A stretch of 64,000 bases of DNA from contig JADFRY010000002.1 in assembly GCA_022561055.1 (NCBI GenBank), positions 54,064-118,063 of the forward strand, read 5' to 3'. The translations under genes were made by a program, and so were the position numbers. The notes beneath the pieces were generated by a model. That model worked only from the letters and a program-made list of their open reading frames with translations, was not told the DNA's origin and did not search any database. This DNA comes from Nanobdellota archaeon. GTDB lineage: Archaea; Nanobdellota; Nanobdellia; Pacearchaeales; GW2011-AR1. Below are positions 61,528 through 64,000 of the stretch, piece after piece (within the stretch, counting starts at the first letter, position 1; the number at the start of each line of letters is the position of its first letter).

Positions 61528-61719
61528 AAAAAAACGATGCGCCACCACGCCTTGAAAGGCTGGTTTGACGGCGCTCGTTTTTAGGATGCAAGAAAATTCC
61601 GCCAACTTGGAATTTTCTGCACAGAGAATTGCAAAATCAGGCAATTCTCTTGTGCTCAAGAACAGTGCTTCATCCATTGGCTAAAGCCAATGGTTTTCGC
61701 ACTCGACTGTTCTTGACAT
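61528..61719 (+). repeat. structured intergenic element, copy B (four hairpins; candidate ncRNA or MITE-like repeat)
   Basis: H0 61528..61582, linker ggatgcaag, H1 61588..61620, H2 61618..61655, H3 61656..61716 with inner ccattggc/gccaatgg hairpin. The core is near-identical to 17332..17409. Confidence 0.6.
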
Positions 61720-61788
61720 AAACATTTTTCCAAACCTTTAAATACAATAAACTGTTAACAGTATTAACTTAAAAGGAGGTGTTAAACA

Positions 61789-61932
61789 ATGGCTGGATGG
61801 AAAGCTTGGCTTGTAATTGTTGGTGGAGTATTGGCTTTAATCGGTCAATGGTGGGGAATGAACTTTTATCTTCCTGCAATCGGCGGTGTTCTTGCAATAA
61901 TTGGTGGTATCGGTAGTATGACTGGTAGATAA
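61789..61932 (+). CDS. 47-aa Gly-rich two-helix membrane peptide (not in ORF track)
   Basis: MAGWKAWLVIVGGVLALIGQWWGMNFYLPAIGGVLAIIGGIGSMTGR, preceded by AAAGGAGGTG 8 nt upstream. Confidence 0.4.
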   Translation: MAGWKAWLVIVGGVLALIGQWWGMNFYLPAIGGVLAIIGGIGSMTGR

Positions 61933-62010
61933 ATTAAGAATAAATAGTCTTTTTATTTATTTGAAATCTTATTTAGTAAAGTTTAAAAAGGAATAATTTA
62001 ATTTATTTTT

Positions 62011-62367
62011 ATGGTTAGAGTTTTGTATGCTGATAATTATAGAATACCCTTGATTGGTTTAGGTGCTATACTAGAACAACAAGGTTTTAATGTTGACTGT
62101 ACAAATAGCGAGAATGCAGAAAAAGAATTTAATGAGAAATTTCGCGATCGCTTGGGAGATTATGATGTATTAATTGCTCATTTAGGAGTTGAATTTAATG
62201 GAGAAGTGAGGAAGTTATTGACTGACTTTCCTAATTTAAGTATAGCTCTTGTTTCTGAATTCCCTAAACATTATTCAGAGCATAGTGATCACAAGAGAGT
62301 TCTTGTTTGTGATTACGACGCGCCAGAACTAATTTATTTCATTAAAAGAAGAATTCAAGCAGCTTAA
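62011..62367 (+). CDS. hypothetical protein, possibly a degenerate receiver (CheY-like) fold
   Basis: 118-aa ORF with TATA 25.5 nt upstream. The alternating beta/alpha pattern (VRVLYADN ... YDVLIAHLG ... IALVSE) is only suggestive. Confidence 0.35.
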   Translation: MVRVLYADNYRIPLIGLGAILEQQGFNVDCTNSENAEKEFNEKFRDRLGDYDVLIAHLGVEFNGEVRKLLTDFPNLSIALVSEFPKHYSEHSDHKRVLVCDYDAPELIYFIKRRIQAA

Positions 62368-62428
62368 TTTTTCTAAGTTGCATAGCAACTTTTAAAAACC
62401 TAATTTATTATCAGAGTTTATTCTCGGC

Positions 62429-62566
62429 AAAAACAGAAAAGGCAGAAGAAAAAGTTCAGGAAAAACATAGAGTAAAAATGGCAGACGATAAAAACAGGAA
62501 ATTTTTAAGCCTGACATTTTCAGGAAAAACATAGAGTAAAAATGGCAGACGATAAAACAGAAAAGG
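62429..62566 (+). repeat. about 64-nt tandem repeat (about 2.2 copies) covering the EF-2 translation start
   Basis: ttcaggaaaaacatagagtaaaaatggcagacgataaaa occurs at 62455 and again at 62519. aaaacagaaaagg occurs at 62429 and 62554. Confidence 0.85.
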
Positions 62567-64000
62567 TCAAAAAATTGATGGGAAATGTTGAAAAAATAAG
62601 AAATATAGCTATTGCTGCGCACATTGACCACGGAAAGACTACTTTTTCTGATAATCTTTTGGCAGGGGCAGGAATGATGTCTGAAGAACTTGCAGGCAAA
62701 CAATTATTATTAGACTTTCATGAAGATGAACAAACCAGAGGAATTACAATTGATGCAGCTAATGTTAGTATGGTTCATGCTGTTGATAATGAAGATTATT
62801 TAATTAACTTGATTGACACTCCAGGACATGTTGATTTTGGAGGAGATGTTACAAGAGCTATGAGGGCTGTTGATGGTTGTATTGTTTTAATTTGTGCGAG
62901 TGAAGGAATAATGCCTCAAACTGAAACAGTTTTAAGACAAGCTTTAAGAGAAAGAGTCAAGCCAATTTTATTTATCAATAAAGTTGACCGTCTTATTAAG
63001 GAAGTTAAGTTGAGTCCTGAGGAAATGCAAAATAGATTTATGAATATAATAAATAAAATTAATGACTTAATCGATGACCTTGCAGAGCCTGAATTCAAAG
63101 ACAAATTCAAAGTTAATGTTCAGGAAGGAAGCGTTGCATTTGGCTCAGCATATCATAAATGGGCGTTGTCTGTTCCTTTCATGAAAAAAAGCAACATTAC
63201 TTTTAAAGATATTGTTGAAGCTTATAATAATGGTGAAGATTATAAAGAATTAACTAAGAAAGCTCCTCTTCATAAAGTTATTCTTGATATGGTGAGTAAA
63301 CATCATCCAAATCCAAAACAAGCTCAAGCATATAGAATTCCTAAAATTTGGCATGGTGATTTAGAAAGTGAAATTGGAAAAGACCTTCTTTCTTGTAGTG
63401 CTAAGGGAGAGCCTAGTTTTATCTGCACAAAAATAGTAATAGACAAAAACGCTGGTGAGATCGCTGCAGGAAGATTATTTTCTGGAGAGCTAAATCAAGG
63501 GGATGAAGTTTATATGAATCTTGCTAAAAGGAAAGTGAGTCTTCAACAAGTCTTTATTTATCGAGGAGCTCAGAGAATTCAAGTAGACAAAGTCAAGGCA
63601 GGGAACATTGTTGGTCTTGTTGGTTTGAAAGGAGTTTTTGCAGGAGAAACTGTCAGTAGACATGAGATGGAACCGTTTGAAGCTATCAAACATATTTTTG
63701 AGCCAGTTGTTACTAAAAGTATTGAAGCAACAAAAGCTGCTGACTTGCCAAGACTAGTTGAAGTTTTAAGACAAATAGCTAAAGAAGTTCCAGACATAAG
63801 AATTGAAATTAATGAAGAGACTGGAGAGAGCTTGATGTCAGGAATGGGGGAATTACATTTAGAAGTTATAGAAAATAGGATAAAGACAGAAAAAAATCTT
63901 GATGTCAAAACCGGAAACCCAATTGTTGTATACAGAGAGACAATTTCAAAACAAAGTGGTGTGGTTGAGGTAAGAACACCAAATGGACATAATATTTTTA
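62542..64000 (+). CDS. fusA: translation elongation factor 2 (aEF-2), N-terminal about 486 aa; 3' end outside window
   Basis: [40 protein letters not shown]...[21 protein letters not shown]...NKVDRL. The ORF is open to the window edge, which is why it is absent from the ORF track. Confidence 0.9.
   Translation, partial: MADDKTEKVKKLMGNVEKIRNIAIAAHIDHGKTTFSDNLLAGAGMMSEELAGKQLLLDFHEDEQTRGITIDAANVSMVHAVDNEDYLINLIDTPGHVDFGGDVTRAMRAVDGCIVLICASEGIMPQTETVLRQALRERVKPILFINKVDRLIKEVKLSPEEMQNRFMNIINKINDLIDDLAEPEFKDKFKVNVQEGSVAFGSAYHKWALSVPFMKKSNITFKDIVEAYNNGEDYKELTKKAPLHKVILDMVSKHHPNPKQAQAYRIPKIWHGDLESEIGKDLLSCSAKGEPSFICTKIVIDKNAGEIAAGRLFSGELNQGDEVYMNLAKRKVSLQQVFIYRGAQRIQVDKVKAGNIVGLVGLKGVFAGETVSRHEMEPFEAIKHIFEPVVTKSIEATKAADLPRLVEVLRQIAKEVPDIRIEINEETGESLMSGMGELHLEVIENRIKTEKNLDVKTGNPIVVYRETISKQSGVVEVRTPNGHNIF

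Noticed and set aside
61495-61677. 60-aa minus-strand ORF between rps7 and the small membrane peptide
   Set aside because: It coincides with the four-hairpin repeat. The paralogous copy at 17.3 kb does not preserve this reading frame, so structure rather than coding is what is conserved.
62392-62703. 103-aa minus-strand ORF
   Set aside because: It lies antisense to the EF-2 5' region and the duplicated leader. It is hydrophobic, low-complexity and Phe/Leu-rich, as expected from reading AT-rich coding DNA backwards. EF-2 on the plus strand explains the region.
1-64000. Search for a CRISPR array, rRNA genes, transposase/integrase/reverse-transcriptase genes, and inteins in nrdJ/rpoA/rpoB
   Set aside because: I saw no regularly spaced direct repeats with unique spacers and no such ORF signatures. 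Conserved blocks of NrdJ, RpoA and RpoB are contiguous, with no Hint-like insertions (no obvious C/S...HN-C/S/T boundaries).

Overview
AT-rich, very gene-dense chromosomal segment of an archaeon. By gene content it looks like a small-genome, DPANN-like lineage, but that is inference. The archaeal anchors are the operon rpoH-rpoB-[two unknown ORFs]-rpoA-rpl30e-nusA-rps12-rps7, a 5' part of EF-2 running off the right edge, tRNA-Lys(UUU), r-proteins L35Ae and L10e, archaeal-type GluRS, ThrRS and TrpRS, a class-III-signal pilin, and TATA boxes at a fixed distance from start codons. The rest is housekeeping and stress genes (thioredoxin, Pcm, HtpX, LemA, cysteine desulfurase, Nudix, HAD, GNAT, methyltransferase, epimerase) plus many lineage-specific hypotheticals. 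The points most worth a second look are: (1) a tightly packed two-gene cassette between rpoB and rpoA, next to an rpoA in which A' and A'' are fused; (2) a nucleotide-conversion island at 40.1-48.2 kb, made of a Cas4-like nuclease, a dCTP-deaminase(DCD)-YmaB/Nudix fusion, a kinase-dCMP-deaminase fusion, NrdR with two NrdR boxes, class II RNR and a PRTase; (3) a family of multi-hairpin intergenic elements with compensatory stem changes at 17.3 kb and 61.6 kb, with shorter modules elsewhere; (4) a 2 x 348 bp in-frame tandem duplication that makes a double DnaA-domain-IV-like HTH protein, inserted between lemA and htpX; (5) a roughly 64-nt tandem duplication of the EF-2 translation start that creates a decoy ATG and an 18-codon uORF; (6) secreted murein-type enzymes (SLT, GH3) in an archaeon. 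I recognised no rRNA, CRISPR array, transposase, integrase or reverse transcriptase. All functional calls come from motif recognition by eye, with no database search.
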